A stretch of 64,000 nucleotides of DNA. Origin: an uncultured Nitrososphaerota archaeon (GTDB taxonomy: Archaea; Korarchaeota; Korarchaeia; Korarchaeales; Korarchaeaceae). The notes under the pieces were generated by a model. It saw only the letters and a list, made by a program, of their open reading frames with translations, was not told the DNA's origin and searched no databases. Below, in pieces: positions 50,623 through 60,667 of the stretch. The DNA lies in assembly GCA_964618805.1 (NCBI GenBank), contig CAZUBM010000001.1:201939-265938 (forward strand), read 5' to 3'. The translations under genes and the position numbers were made by a program. How positions within the stretch are numbered: position 1 is the first letter of the stretch; the number at the start of each line of letters is the position of its first letter.

Positions 50623-51040
50623 ATGAGCATAGAGGAGGACATCAGATTTGCCATCGAAAACAAGTTAAGGCAAACAATTGATAGAATAGAGGAAACTCTC
50701 AACCAATTGGTTAAGAGAAGGAAGCTAGGAATAGAGGACATAAGAAATGCATTAAGAGGGCTAAAACCTAGTTTCTATCTCCTTTCTCAGAAATGGTTCT
50801 TGAGATATTATATGTTCTACTCTTCATGGGACCTTTAGGATTTAATGGCATCAAGAAATTGCTTGAGATAAGCTCAAGGAGCCTCTCAGATAAGTTGAAA
50901 TCCCTGGAATCTCTTGGTTATATAAAACGAAGCGTAACTCCTGAGCCTCCTGTAAGGGTAAGGACCACTTACAAACTAACTAGAAGGGGGTAGAACTTTC
51001 TTTGTTAGCTCTTCCCTCGATTTATTACATGTCATCTAGG
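50623..51040 (+). pseudogene. HxlR-family regulator broken by two single-base deletions
   Basis: QKW|VLEILY..GFNGIKK...SRSLSDKLKSLE..GYIKR...YKLTRRG; frames rejoin if one G is added near 50795 and one near 50990. Confidence 0.78.
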
Positions 51041-51117
51041 ACCCTTCAGAAAAAGGGCTTGAATGCTGATCAAAAATTAAACTTACAAACCCTTATACTA
51101 GAATAAGGGTGTCTTGA

Positions 51118-51357
51118 GTGGAGTCTGAGAAGGAAAAGAAAAAGCGTAAACCAATAAATTTTGTTATAAAGGAGTATGGAAAACTGAAGAATGATGTTGA
51201 GAAAGCAATTCGTGTCTCTATTAAGGTAAAAATCCACAAACCTGAATCTATAACCGATGAAGAATTTAGGGCATTAGAAGAGGATTCTGAATTCAAGAAG
51301 AGGGTAGAAGAGCTAGTTATATCATATATCAAGAGGAAAAGAGAGGCTGAAGGGTAA
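51118..51357 (+). CDS. Small charged hypothetical protein
   Basis: 79 aa, SD-like GGGTG, stop 5 bp before the permease start. Confidence 0.6.
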   Translation: MESEKEKKKRKPINFVIKEYGKLKNDVEKAIRVSIKVKIHKPESITDEEFRALEEDSEFKKRVEELVISYIKRKREAEG

Positions 51358-51362
51358 TTAAA

Positions 51363-52655
51363 TTGATCCCCCAATCAGTTCAGACTCCAATGCTACTTAT
51401 TTTTCTCCTGACCATCATAGCGCTGATAATCGAGAAATATCACATGGTAGTTGCTGCCATGATAGGGGCCTCTTTAACTATTTTCTTTGGATCCTTTATC
51501 TACAAAATTTTCACCCCAGAAGAGGCTTTCACGCAGTTTATCGATGGTTCTACGTTGAGACTTGTTCTTGGAATTCTTCTTTTGATGGAAGGCCTAGCAA
51601 AGTCCGGCCTTTTTCAATTTATAGGCCTTTGGGTTGTCAGGCTTGTTGGAAACCGCCCAAAAATTCTTTTCTCAGCTTTTATGTTTCTTACAGCCATATT
51701 AACAACCTCTATACCAAACCTTCCAGCAATGCTCATAATTGGGGCAATAACTGCTTCTATAGCCAAGTCCCTTAGGCTAAAGCTTAGAACATGGATTATG
51801 TATGAAGCCATAGCCTGTAATGCTGGCTCTATAGGTCTTATGATAAGCTCGATTCCTAATCTAATTCTGGCGTCAGAGTTTGGTTTCACTTTCTCTCAAT
51901 TCATAAGGATCACCCTGCCCTTGTCCCTCTTGGTTGTATATGTCACAACTCTGATAGGCCTGAAGGTAGCAGATCTTATAGAAGAGGGAGAGCAAGAAGT
52001 AGATATTTCCTCTTTGGATCCTTGGCAAGCAGTCAGGGATAAAGGGATCCTAATTAGATCAACGGCAATCTTCTTGGCTACTATAGCTCTTTTCTTCCTC
52101 CATGAGAAGACAGGAATTCCTTTAGACGTAGTTGCACTTGGTGGAGCTGTGATAATGCTTTGGATAGGAGTAACAGAACCAGAGGAACTTTTCAGATCTA
52201 TAAATTGGGGAGTATTCTTCTTTTTAGGAGCTTTTTACATCATCATAGGTTCTATGGAGAAGACTGGTGCATTAGATGTTTTAGCAAAGGCCGTTGCACC
52301 CATATATGCAATGCAACCCCTTATTTCGCTTTCTGCAACCCTTTGGATAAGTGGAATAACAAGCGGGCTTATAGACAACATTCCAGTGACTTTAACCCTA
52401 CTCCCTGTTATAAAAAAAGCAGCAGAAGCCTCTCAAGCCCCTATAACCCGTCTAGCTTGGGCAACTGGGATAGGAGCAAACTTAGGAGGAAGCCTAACAT
52501 ATTTTGCATCTCCTCCCTCAGTGGTAGCGATAAGCATATTAGAGAAGGAGGATCCTACGTTTTCTCCATCAGATTTTATGAAGTTGGGAGTTCCAATAAC
52601 TATCGTGCAATTGGTAGTTGCAAATATCTACCTTTTCTTATGGCCTCTATTTTAA
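51363..52655 (+). CDS. ArsB/NhaD/SLC13-type ion permease
   Basis: About 12 TM; SGLIDNIP, GANLGGSLT..ASP motifs. Confidence 0.88.
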   Translation: MIPQSVQTPMLLIFLLTIIALIIEKYHMVVAAMIGASLTIFFGSFIYKIFTPEEAFTQFIDGSTLRLVLGILLLMEGLAKSGLFQFIGLWVVRLVGNRPKILFSAFMFLTAILTTSIPNLPAMLIIGAITASIAKSLRLKLRTWIMYEAIACNAGSIGLMISSIPNLILASEFGFTFSQFIRITLPLSLLVVYVTTLIGLKVADLIEEGEQEVDISSLDPWQAVRDKGILIRSTAIFLATIALFFLHEKTGIPLDVVALGGAVIMLWIGVTEPEELFRSINWGVFFFLGAFYIIIGSMEKTGALDVLAKAVAPIYAMQPLISLSATLWISGITSGLIDNIPVTLTLLPVIKKAAEASQAPITRLAWATGIGANLGGSLTYFASPPSVVAISILEKEDPTFSPSDFMKLGVPITIVQLVVANIYLFLWPLF

Positions 52656-53209
52656 TCCGAGTTATCCTCTTTCTCCTCTGGAATGCCCGTTATTATAGAG
52701 GTTAATTGATTTACAAATCTGTCGAATTTCTCCTTAAACAGTTCATAACCGGTCTTTAAGGCGTCATACACTATAATGGCAGCTAATACCAAGAACACTA
52801 TGGAAAGGACTGTACCAATGATCTTACTTGGAAGGAAAGCAAACAATGGAGAGAGACCAAACCAAGCGAGTAATAGGCCTATCATATAGATTATGTCGTT
52901 GCCAATTCGTTTAAGACCGCTAGTCTCTTCAAAACCAAGAATTCTGGACAATCTGTCAGATATTATGTTAAGAAGGAACAAAAGGTTTACTACAACTCTT
53001 TGCCCAAAGTAAGCTATTGCTGCAAGCCTTATTGCATCCACAATCAATTTGGATGGTATTTGAAGGTTGAATGCCTCTATTAAGCTATCTTGTACTTCTC
53101 TCCTCAAAAAAGAGAGAAAAGCCAATATAAGAGCCAATTTTATCGAATTTCCAATTAGACTCGCTAATCTCTTTCTGACCTCTCTTCTGCTCATAGATTT
53201 CATATTCAA
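52652..53209 (-). CDS. Hypothetical 4-TM membrane protein
   Basis: Four hydrophobic segments. Confidence 0.65.
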   Translation of the reverse strand: MNMKSMSRREVRKRLASLIGNSIKLALILAFLSFLRREVQDSLIEAFNLQIPSKLIVDAIRLAAIAYFGQRVVVNLLFLLNIISDRLSRILGFEETSGLKRIGNDIIYMIGLLLAWFGLSPLFAFLPSKIIGTVLSIVFLVLAAIIVYDALKTGYELFKEKFDRFVNQLTSIITGIPEEKEDNSD

Positions 53210-53349
53210 CGTTATTCGATGGTAAGATCAATAAAATAATTGTTTGTATTCGACAAAAGGATTGGAAAGATTTTCTGGCAAATATTTTGAATTAAATAAC
53301 CTATAAGCGTTATGAAAAGCTATTTAGACTCAGTATTTATTAAAATTAA

Positions 53350-55008
53350 CTACAGAATATCAATTCTTCTCATAAGCACTCTCTTGCCTCTATAGTCCGG
53401 AAGAAGTAATGGAGCCCTTCTTTCAGTCTTGATGCCAGCCTCTTCGAGCCATTTCTCATATCTCTTCACATGATCCAATGTCAATTTTCCAATCCTTGCG
53501 TTCTTAACGTACCTAGCTGCATTAATGCCAGCTCTTCTTCCAAAGACTAAGTAATCAAGTATAGAGTTTCCTATAAGTCTATTCTTCCCGTGAACCCCTC
53601 CTGTAGTTTCACCAGCAGCAAAAAGTCCAGGCACTGTTGTTTCACATCTTTCATTTATAACAATTCCACCGTTCATGTAGTGTAAAGTTGGAAATACTAG
53701 AACAGGATCTTTAGACGCATCTATACCAACCCTCTTAAACATCCTAAATATTGCAGGAAACATCTTTTTGAAGGATCCCTCTCCTCTTAGAATGTCTATC
53801 ATAGGCGTATCCAACCAAACACCCCTCATTCCAGTAGGAGTCTCAACTCCATTATTCCTATCCCAGCACTCCCTTATTATGGCGGCCGCCTCAACATCTC
53901 TAGGTTCTAATGGAAATACAAACTGCTCTCCGTACTTATTAACGACTTGAGCTCCGGCACCTCTGACTTTTTCTGTAACGAGAAGGCCAACTATCTGCTC
54001 AGGATATGCTGCACCAGTAGGATGATACTGAGTAGCGTCTAAATCTCTTAATAAAGCTCCTACATGATAAGCTAAGATAACGCCATCCATCGTGGCTCCG
54101 TAGTGGTTTGTAGTTGGAAATCCTTGTATATGTAACCTTCCAAAACCTCCTGTAGCCAAGATAGTCGCCTTTGCTTTTACTATCTGATATTCTTCGCTTT
54201 CCATGTTTAAGAGAATAGCTCCTGCCACTTTTCCTTCATCATCAGTTAGTAGTTCTACTGCTGATGAGAATTCAACGCATCTGATCCCTTTATTCCTAAT
54301 CTCATCCCTTAGAACCCTAACTATCTCCATTCCGGTGTAGTCTCTGCAAGAATGCATTCTCCTACAACTAGTCCCTCCACCCCATAACTCGATCATATTT
54401 CCCTCTTCATCCTTATCGAACATTAGACCGAGATTCTCTAACCACCTTATCATGTAAGGAGCTTCCATGGTAAGGGCCCTAACTAACTGACGGTCATTTA
54501 CAAAATGACCTCCCCCCAATATATCCAAGAAATGTCTCGTAGGGGAATCTGGAGGTCTATCGGCCGCTTGAACACCTCCTTGACTCATTACCGAATTTGA
54601 ATCTCCTAGCCTCAATTTTGTAACTATTAGAATGTCTTCAGGTGAGACTCCGCTATAGACAGCCCAGAGAGCAGCTGTCATCCCTGCCCCTCCTCCGCCG
54701 ATTATGAGAATATCTGTCTCGTAGTCAACATGGGAGAGGTCTATCTGGTCCGGGTTTATCAATGGATGAGCTTCAAGCAGATCGATTACTTCGTGAGGAG
54801 CTATCATTCCTTTGCTAGGACCGATTTTTAGAGCTCTTTTCGTCCCCTCTTTATAATCTGGGTGATATTTCTTCAAGAGCTCCTCTCTCTCTTCCAAACT
54901 AAGTCGTCTGACCTCTTCTTTTAACCTTCTCTCTCTCGTCTCTTCAACTAACTCGATGCTTTCCCTCATGTATTTGGGATAACCATCTATCAACTCAAAC
55001 TTTGACAT
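53350..55008 (-). CDS. Soluble fumarate-reductase flavoprotein (FdrA/TfrA-like)
   Basis: GGGGAG, QYHPTG, TEKVRGAG, PRDVEA, LHYMNGG, HGKNRLIGNS; the covalent-FAD His is replaced (SNSVMSQGG). Confidence 0.88.
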   Translation of the reverse strand: MSKFELIDGYPKYMRESIELVEETRERRLKEEVRRLSLEEREELLKKYHPDYKEGTKRALKIGPSKGMIAPHEVIDLLEAHPLINPDQIDLSHVDYETDILIIGGGGAGMTAALWAVYSGVSPEDILIVTKLRLGDSNSVMSQGGVQAADRPPDSPTRHFLDILGGGHFVNDRQLVRALTMEAPYMIRWLENLGLMFDKDEEGNMIELWGGGTSCRRMHSCRDYTGMEIVRVLRDEIRNKGIRCVEFSSAVELLTDDEGKVAGAILLNMESEEYQIVKAKATILATGGFGRLHIQGFPTTNHYGATMDGVILAYHVGALLRDLDATQYHPTGAAYPEQIVGLLVTEKVRGAGAQVVNKYGEQFVFPLEPRDVEAAAIIRECWDRNNGVETPTGMRGVWLDTPMIDILRGEGSFKKMFPAIFRMFKRVGIDASKDPVLVFPTLHYMNGGIVINERCETTVPGLFAAGETTGGVHGKNRLIGNSILDYLVFGRRAGINAARYVKNARIGKLTLDHVKRYEKWLEEAGIKTERRAPLLLPDYRGKRVLMRRIDIL

Positions 55009-55022
55009 CTATCTTCACCTAA

Positions 55023-55742
55023 CTAATCTTCTATTCTCCCCCTATTCTCATAGAGCTTTTTCAGCTCTTCAACGCTCATTTTCATTAACTTGTTCATCTC
55101 TTCATCATACTTCCCGCTTTCGATCTCCTTAATTCTCTCTTCCACATGTTTTGCCCTTGGCTGAATGTATTTCCCATATATCCTCCTAGCAAGTTGAAAC
55201 ACGTGGTAATGTTGGATCTCGGCCGGACATCTTATCGTGCAGAGTCCACATTGAATGCAGTCAAAGGTAAGATTTGCAACTTCCTCTATGTCCCCTCTTA
55301 TTGCAGCTTGTATTGCGTACATGACCTCTAGATCTTGAGGACATGCCTTTGTGCACGTATTACAACTAACACACCTTGCTAATTCTGGATAAAACTTCAT
55401 TAAGATGTTTGGAGTTGGTTCCAATTTATCTAGATCGTAAATTGCTTTGTTGGCTGGTACGAATGGGAGTTGTGTGAGATACATACCATCCTCAACGGTA
55501 GTTTGGCAAGCCAGACCTGTGTAGAGCTTATAGTCATCAACAAACCTGTAAACAGTGGAACATCCTCCGCAAAATCCGCCTCTGCATCCACAACCTCTTA
55601 TGAATCTATAACCAGCATACTCCATGGCCTTCATTATGGTGAGACCAGCTGGAACCAGGTATTCCTTCCCCATAATGTAAATTCTTACCATCTTAGCCTC
55701 TTTTTTCTCCTCTACGACCTCTAAACCCTTAACTTCTGACAT
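55023..55742 (-). CDS. Fumarate-reductase Fe-S subunit (FdrB-like)
   Basis: GCRGGFCGGC..LAC [2Fe-2S]; CVSCNTCTKACP and CIQCGLCTIRCP. Confidence 0.88.
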   Translation of the reverse strand: MSEVKGLEVVEEKKEAKMVRIYIMGKEYLVPAGLTIMKAMEYAGYRFIRGCGCRGGFCGGCSTVYRFVDDYKLYTGLACQTTVEDGMYLTQLPFVPANKAIYDLDKLEPTPNILMKFYPELARCVSCNTCTKACPQDLEVMYAIQAAIRGDIEEVANLTFDCIQCGLCTIRCPAEIQHYHVFQLARRIYGKYIQPRAKHVEERIKEIESGKYDEEMNKLMKMSVEELKKLYENRGRIED

Positions 55743-55747
55743 GTTAT

Positions 55748-56956
55748 CTACACCTCAAGGTTGCGGGCCACAATTTCAACAAGGTCAACTACATCAATAT
55801 TAGTATTAAGAACTTTGGCTCCCTCATAGAGGTTCATCTTACACGATGGGCAAGAAGTTGTGAGGATACTAACTCCTGTCTCTAATGCCTGATTAATCCT
55901 AAGTTGAGCAACCATAATGCTTATCTCCTCGTTTATGGCTCTCAAAAATCCTCCACCTCCGCAGCACTGTGTTTCTCGCCCCTTCTTTTCAAATTCCTTC
56001 AAATTGCCCAATTTCTTGAGTATGAATCTTGGTTCTTCTATCACTCCCATCTGTCTAGCAAGCTCGCATGGATCATGATAAACAACTTTCCCTATATTTC
56101 CTTTAATGCCTATTGCTCCATCCTTTAGATAGGAAGAAATTAGCTGTGTTGCATGTATTACTTCAAAGTCAAGTTCTGTATTCAAAAGCCTTGGATAAAC
56201 CTCTTTCAGCTGCTTGAAACACGTAGGACATGTAGTTACGACTCTTTCTGCACCCAACCTCTTAATAGCCTCTACATTTCTCTTTGCAACCTTCTTAGCC
56301 GAATTAACATCTCCTATCATTAACCAAGGAGCCCCACAACAAAGCTCCTCTTCGCCAAGCAGAGTCCAGTCTTCACCTGCGGCATTAAGTATATGAGCCA
56401 TAGAGACTGCAGAAGACCTATTTATTCTAGTAAAAGCAGTTGTGCATCCTACGAAGTAGATAGTTTTTGATCTCTGATTAATTGGAATTTTTTCGGCCAT
56501 TTTGGCCCTTTTTATCCAATAAAGCCTCATTTTCCTGCCCATGCTATAAGGATCTCCTTTTTCCTTGAATGTAGCGATAAGCTCCTTCAAGTTCTTCGGT
56601 ATAAAACCATTTTCATACATTATCCTCCTAAAGTCATACCACAATTCGTCGGGTTTCACCTCAAACTTACACTGCTCAGTACACGCACCACAAAGTGTGC
56701 ATTCATATACCTTTGAAATAGAGCTTTTCATGAAATACTCCTTTACTGGAGTCTCTCCAAGCAATGAACTTACAATCCCTTGAGATCTTTCAACAATCCT
56801 TCTTAGAGCCCTCCCCTTACTTACAGGCAAATGTTTAGAGTTGCCTGTTGCCTTAAACACAGGACACTCAACGATGCACTCTCCGCAAGCAGCACATATT
56901 CTCAGCCTTTCAAGCTCCTCCGGCTTAAGTTCAGTTCTAACTTGAATAAGCTTCAT
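55748..56956 (-). CDS. hdrD: HdrD/GlpC-like protein (2x4Fe-4S + two CCG domains)
   Basis: CAACGECIVECP, CTLCGACTEQC, FVGC, CCGAP, TCPTC, YHDPC, CCGGGG, SCPSC. Confidence 0.85.
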   Translation of the reverse strand: MKLIQVRTELKPEELERLRICAACGECIVECPVFKATGNSKHLPVSKGRALRRIVERSQGIVSSLLGETPVKEYFMKSSISKVYECTLCGACTEQCKFEVKPDELWYDFRRIMYENGFIPKNLKELIATFKEKGDPYSMGRKMRLYWIKRAKMAEKIPINQRSKTIYFVGCTTAFTRINRSSAVSMAHILNAAGEDWTLLGEEELCCGAPWLMIGDVNSAKKVAKRNVEAIKRLGAERVVTTCPTCFKQLKEVYPRLLNTELDFEVIHATQLISSYLKDGAIGIKGNIGKVVYHDPCELARQMGVIEEPRFILKKLGNLKEFEKKGRETQCCGGGGFLRAINEEISIMVAQLRINQALETGVSILTTSCPSCKMNLYEGAKVLNTNIDVVDLVEIVARNLEV

Positions 56957-58060
56957 CTAGCCTCCTCCTATATATTCCTCTAGTTCCTCTTCATAGAACT
57001 CCCTTATAGGAGGTTGTTCTTTTGGATCTCTTCCAGGAACGTAGTTGAACAAAGCCTGATTTTCCTCCGCTAATAATATGAAAAACTCGCTTAACTTAAT
57101 CTCCTGAGGGCAACTCTGTTCACATAGTCCACATGTTATGCAAGATGTGGAAATATGAAGTGCTCTTCCCAAATGAAACTGAATTCTTGCTTCTGGGAGT
57201 GGAATTGTTCCCTCTTTTGGGTTCCAGCTAAGGAATCTTCTTGTCACATACTCATATCTGTCAGCATCAAAAAAACACTCCTCGCAAAAGCAAATGGGAC
57301 ATACTTCCATGCAATTGTGACAATTAATGCAGTCTTGAAAGAATTCATTTATTTTCTTTAGACCAGCTAAATCTTGACGAGACTTCTCAAGAAATTCCTT
57401 TCTTCTCTTTTTTCTATTAATAATTACCTTTAAGGTCCCTATTTCCTGTTCTTGGACTGAAAAATTGAGAGCTTCCATCAAACGAAGCCCGTTTTCGCTT
57501 AAGATCTCAACTATGAGACCCTTTCCTTCTAAACTTATGAAACAAAGGTTAATGTCTGAGTAAGGAGCTTTAGGATATAGACAGATCTTACAAGCATCCC
57601 TAAATGCATCATCATCTCCGCTATAGTAGCTTTTTAGCAACTTTTCTTCCGGAGATTCCCCGCTCTCCAGCATTTCTTTGAAATTCAGGACGTGATAAGT
57701 TCCCAGACATTCAATAGTCATCAATAGAATATTCTCCAGAGAAACCTGGTTGAACTTACTGAGTTCTATAACTGCCCTTGTCTCACATGGCTTCAACAAT
57801 ACAGCAAATTTTCCATCGAAGGATTCCTTAGGAGCTATCCAAGATAACAGAGTTGCCATGGAATAGCCCGAAATAACCGGAGAAATCGGTACGAGTTGAG
57901 AAAGTTCCTTCTTATCCTTAAAGAGATATGGATAGATGAAGCCAGACTCGCTCCTTCTATATGCCAATATAGCTCTTAAGAGACCTTTATCCATCGCTTG
58001 TTCAAGTATGGATCTAATAGCCTCTCTTGGCTCTCTTTCGATTATAATAACCCCTTTCAC
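56957..58060 (-). CDS. FdhB/FrhB-family Fe-S (flavo)protein
   Basis: KPCETRA..EL, IECLGT, CKIC, CINCHNCMEVCPICFC, H...CITCGLCEQSCP. Confidence 0.75.
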   Translation of the reverse strand: MKGVIIIEREPREAIRSILEQAMDKGLLRAILAYRRSESGFIYPYLFKDKKELSQLVPISPVISGYSMATLLSWIAPKESFDGKFAVLLKPCETRAVIELSKFNQVSLENILLMTIECLGTYHVLNFKEMLESGESPEEKLLKSYYSGDDDAFRDACKICLYPKAPYSDINLCFISLEGKGLIVEILSENGLRLMEALNFSVQEQEIGTLKVIINRKKRRKEFLEKSRQDLAGLKKINEFFQDCINCHNCMEVCPICFCEECFFDADRYEYVTRRFLSWNPKEGTIPLPEARIQFHLGRALHISTSCITCGLCEQSCPQEIKLSEFFILLAEENQALFNYVPGRDPKEQPPIREFYEEELEEYIGGG

Positions 58061-58476
58061 CTCTCATCACCCTTCAATGGATTTGGTCCTAAAGCCCTGA
58101 TCTGCTCTGTAAATTCTCTAACCACTCTAGCAAACTTTGCTCCCTCAGATGTACTGATGAACTCAAATCTAATTCTCTCAGGCTCTAAAGAGAGGGCTCT
58201 AATCGAATTTTTGATTATAGCAATTCTTCTTCTAGCTTTTAAATTACCGTCCACATAGTGACAATCTCCAGGATGGCATGCCGCTATTAGCACCCCATCA
58301 GCCCCCTCCAACAAAGCCCTGAGTATATAGGATGTGTCTATGAATCCTGAGCAATTAACCATGATCGGCCTTAGGTTAGATGGATACTGAAGTCTTGAAG
58401 TACCGGCAAGATCAGCAGCTGCTGAGGCGCACCACTTGCACAAAAAGCCAATTATAAGGGGTTCAAACTTGTTCAT
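58057..58476 (-). CDS. mvhD: MvhD [2Fe-2S] adaptor
   Basis: FLCKWC...ADLAG, CSG, GADGV..ACHPGDCHY..GN. Confidence 0.95.
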   Translation of the reverse strand: MNKFEPLIIGFLCKWCASAAADLAGTSRLQYPSNLRPIMVNCSGFIDTSYILRALLEGADGVLIAACHPGDCHYVDGNLKARRRIAIIKNSIRALSLEPERIRFEFISTSEGAKFARVVREFTEQIRALGPNPLKGDER

Positions 58477-58480
58477 AAAC

Positions 58481-60439
58481 CTACCTCCCTACCAAGGTTG
58501 AGATAAGATCAAACAACTGTCTCTTATCATAGTTCACTAACGAAATAGCTCCTGCCGTGCAGGCTGCTGTGCAAGCCCCACATCCTTCGCAGAGAGCCTC
58601 ATCTACCTTTGCAACTCCCTCATCTGTTAATTCAACTGCTTCATAAGGACATATGCTAACACAATTCCCGCACCCAGAGCATATATCTTCATCTACCTTA
58701 GCGACTAGAGGCTCCTTCTCGACATATCCCCTTGTTAAGAATGAAATAGCTTTAGCAGCGGCTGCACTTGCCTGAGCCACTGTGTCGGTAATATCTTTTG
58801 GAAATTGGGCTGCTCCTGCTATGAAAATGCCTTTCGTCAATGTTTCCATAGGTCTTAACTTTAGATGAGCTTCTCTCAACCATCCTCCCTCAGAGAGCTG
58901 AAGTCTAAGTTTTCTAGCTAATTCTTGAATACCAGGGCTTGGAATAGCTGCTGTTGCTAGTACAACTAGATCTGCGTTAATTTCAATTTTCTTGTCTGTG
59001 ATAGTGTCAACTGCAATCACTTTGAGTTTATCTCCTTCCTCGTAGATTTTCGCCACCTTCCCTCTTATGTAGATGATTTTTTGTTCTGACATGGCCCTAT
59101 GAATGAACTCTTCGTAGCCCTTTCCATCAGCTCTTATGTCTATGTAGAAGATGTAGGCCTGACCATCCGGAACCGCCTCCTTGTAAAGTAGAGCTTGCTT
59201 AGCCGTATACATACAACAGATCTTCGAGCAATAAGGATTCCAATTCTCAGGATCTCTTGACCCAACGCACTGAATGAAAACTACTTGCTTAGGAACTCTA
59301 CCATCTGATGGTCTGATTACTTTACCTTGAGTAGGGCCACTCGGCGCTAGCAATCTCTCGAACTGTAGGCTAGTAATAACGTCCTTATATCTGCCAGAAC
59401 CATATTCGGGGAAATTAGAGGCCTCCATGACTTCAAATCCTGTTGCAACGATTATGGCCCCCACCTTCAGCTCCTCGAATTTTTCATTGTTTTCAAAATC
59501 TATGGCCCTAGAAGGGCATTCTTTTGCACAAAGACCACAACCTTTCCCATATTTTAACCTAAGACAGCTAATCGGGTCTATAACTGCCTTATCAGGCACT
59601 GCCTGAGGAAATGGGATGTATATAGCCTTCCTGTTGGCTATTCCAATCTCGTACTCTGAAGGAACTTCGACAGGGCATACTCTCATGCATAAGCCACAAC
59701 CTATGCATTTATCCCAGTTTACAAATGTTGCCTTCTTCCTCACCTTAATTTTGAAGTTCCCTGCTGAGCCTGTAACTTCCTCAACTTCAGAATAAGTCAT
59801 TAAGGTGACATTAGGATGATGGGCTAACTCAGTCATTTTAGGGGTGAGAATGCACTGAGGACAATCAAGAGTCGGAAACGTCTCTGAAAGCTGAGCCATC
59901 TTCCCTCCTATGCTGGGATCTTTTTCAACGAGGTAAACCTTAAGTCCAGCTTCTGCTACATCTAAAGCAGCCTGTATTCCCGCAATTCCTCCACCTATGA
60001 TCAAGACTGACTTATTAACTGGAATTCTCATCAGTTGAAGAGGTTTGTCTGACCTAAGCTTAGCAACTGCAGCCTCTACCATCTTTATAGCCTTTTCTGT
60101 GGCTTTTTTCTTGTCATCACTATGAGGCCAGGCAACCCATTCCCTTATGTTAGCGACTTCAACTAAGTAAGGGTTAAGACCTGCTTTTTTAGCAAGATTC
60201 CTCCAAGTTTCCTCATGAAGAAAGGGAGAACAGGCTGCTACAACTATTCCATCAAGTTCCTTTTCCTGAATCGCTCTCCTAATAAGATCCTGTCCGGGAT
60301 CAGAGCACATGAAAACATAATCCTCAGCATGCACAACCGAAGGCAAACCTGCTGCTCTTTCCCTAACCTTGTTGACGTCAACGCTACCAGCTATGTTCTT
60401 ACCACAATGACAAACAAACACACCTATTCTCTCTGGCAT
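58481..60439 (-). CDS. hdrA: Heterodisulfide reductase subunit A (bifurcating flavoprotein)
   Basis: VFVCHCG.NI, CSDPGQ, ACSP, GGGIAG, TFPTLDC, CVGSRD, YCSKICC, C-terminal ferredoxin domain. Confidence 0.96.
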   Translation of the reverse strand: MPERIGVFVCHCGKNIAGSVDVNKVRERAAGLPSVVHAEDYVFMCSDPGQDLIRRAIQEKELDGIVVAACSPFLHEETWRNLAKKAGLNPYLVEVANIREWVAWPHSDDKKKATEKAIKMVEAAVAKLRSDKPLQLMRIPVNKSVLIIGGGIAGIQAALDVAEAGLKVYLVEKDPSIGGKMAQLSETFPTLDCPQCILTPKMTELAHHPNVTLMTYSEVEEVTGSAGNFKIKVRKKATFVNWDKCIGCGLCMRVCPVEVPSEYEIGIANRKAIYIPFPQAVPDKAVIDPISCLRLKYGKGCGLCAKECPSRAIDFENNEKFEELKVGAIIVATGFEVMEASNFPEYGSGRYKDVITSLQFERLLAPSGPTQGKVIRPSDGRVPKQVVFIQCVGSRDPENWNPYCSKICCMYTAKQALLYKEAVPDGQAYIFYIDIRADGKGYEEFIHRAMSEQKIIYIRGKVAKIYEEGDKLKVIAVDTITDKKIEINADLVVLATAAIPSPGIQELARKLRLQLSEGGWLREAHLKLRPMETLTKGIFIAGAAQFPKDITDTVAQASAAAAKAISFLTRGYVEKEPLVAKVDEDICSGCGNCVSICPYEAVELTDEGVAKVDEALCEGCGACTAACTAGAISLVNYDKRQLFDLISTLVGR

Positions 60440-60636
60440 CTAAAAGCCTCCAATAATTGTTTTTGCCTAAGAAAACTTGGATCAATACAATGAATCTCAA
60501 AACTTAAACCGTCTTTCGGCGCAAATATAAGACCCATAAGCCGATCCAAATAAAGGTCTGAAACTTTTTTCGCTTCAGGATAAAGCTTCTTAGCTTTAGC
60601 TTTTAATGTACAACACGGACGATATAGAAGCTTCAT
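60424..60636 (-). pseudogene. hdrB: hdrB remnant (N- and C-termini fused by a large internal deletion)
   Basis: N-terminal MKLLYRPCCTLKAKAK (HdrB YYPGCTLK-like) joined to C-terminal LMGL...F..H.IDP..L; lies between hdrC and hdrA. Confidence 0.7.
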
Positions 60637-60667
60637 AGAGATCACTTAACCTAAGCTATAATTTTCT

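Noticed and set aside
51030-51075. Fluoride-riboswitch-like CCCT..AAAAGGGC..GCTGAT upstream of the permease
   Set aside because: The 5' GGCGATG/pseudoknot elements are missing, and the stretch is the tail of the HxlR pseudogene
58057-60439. Selenocysteine in MvhD/HdrA
   Set aside because: The usual Sec positions are Cys codons; no in-frame TGA
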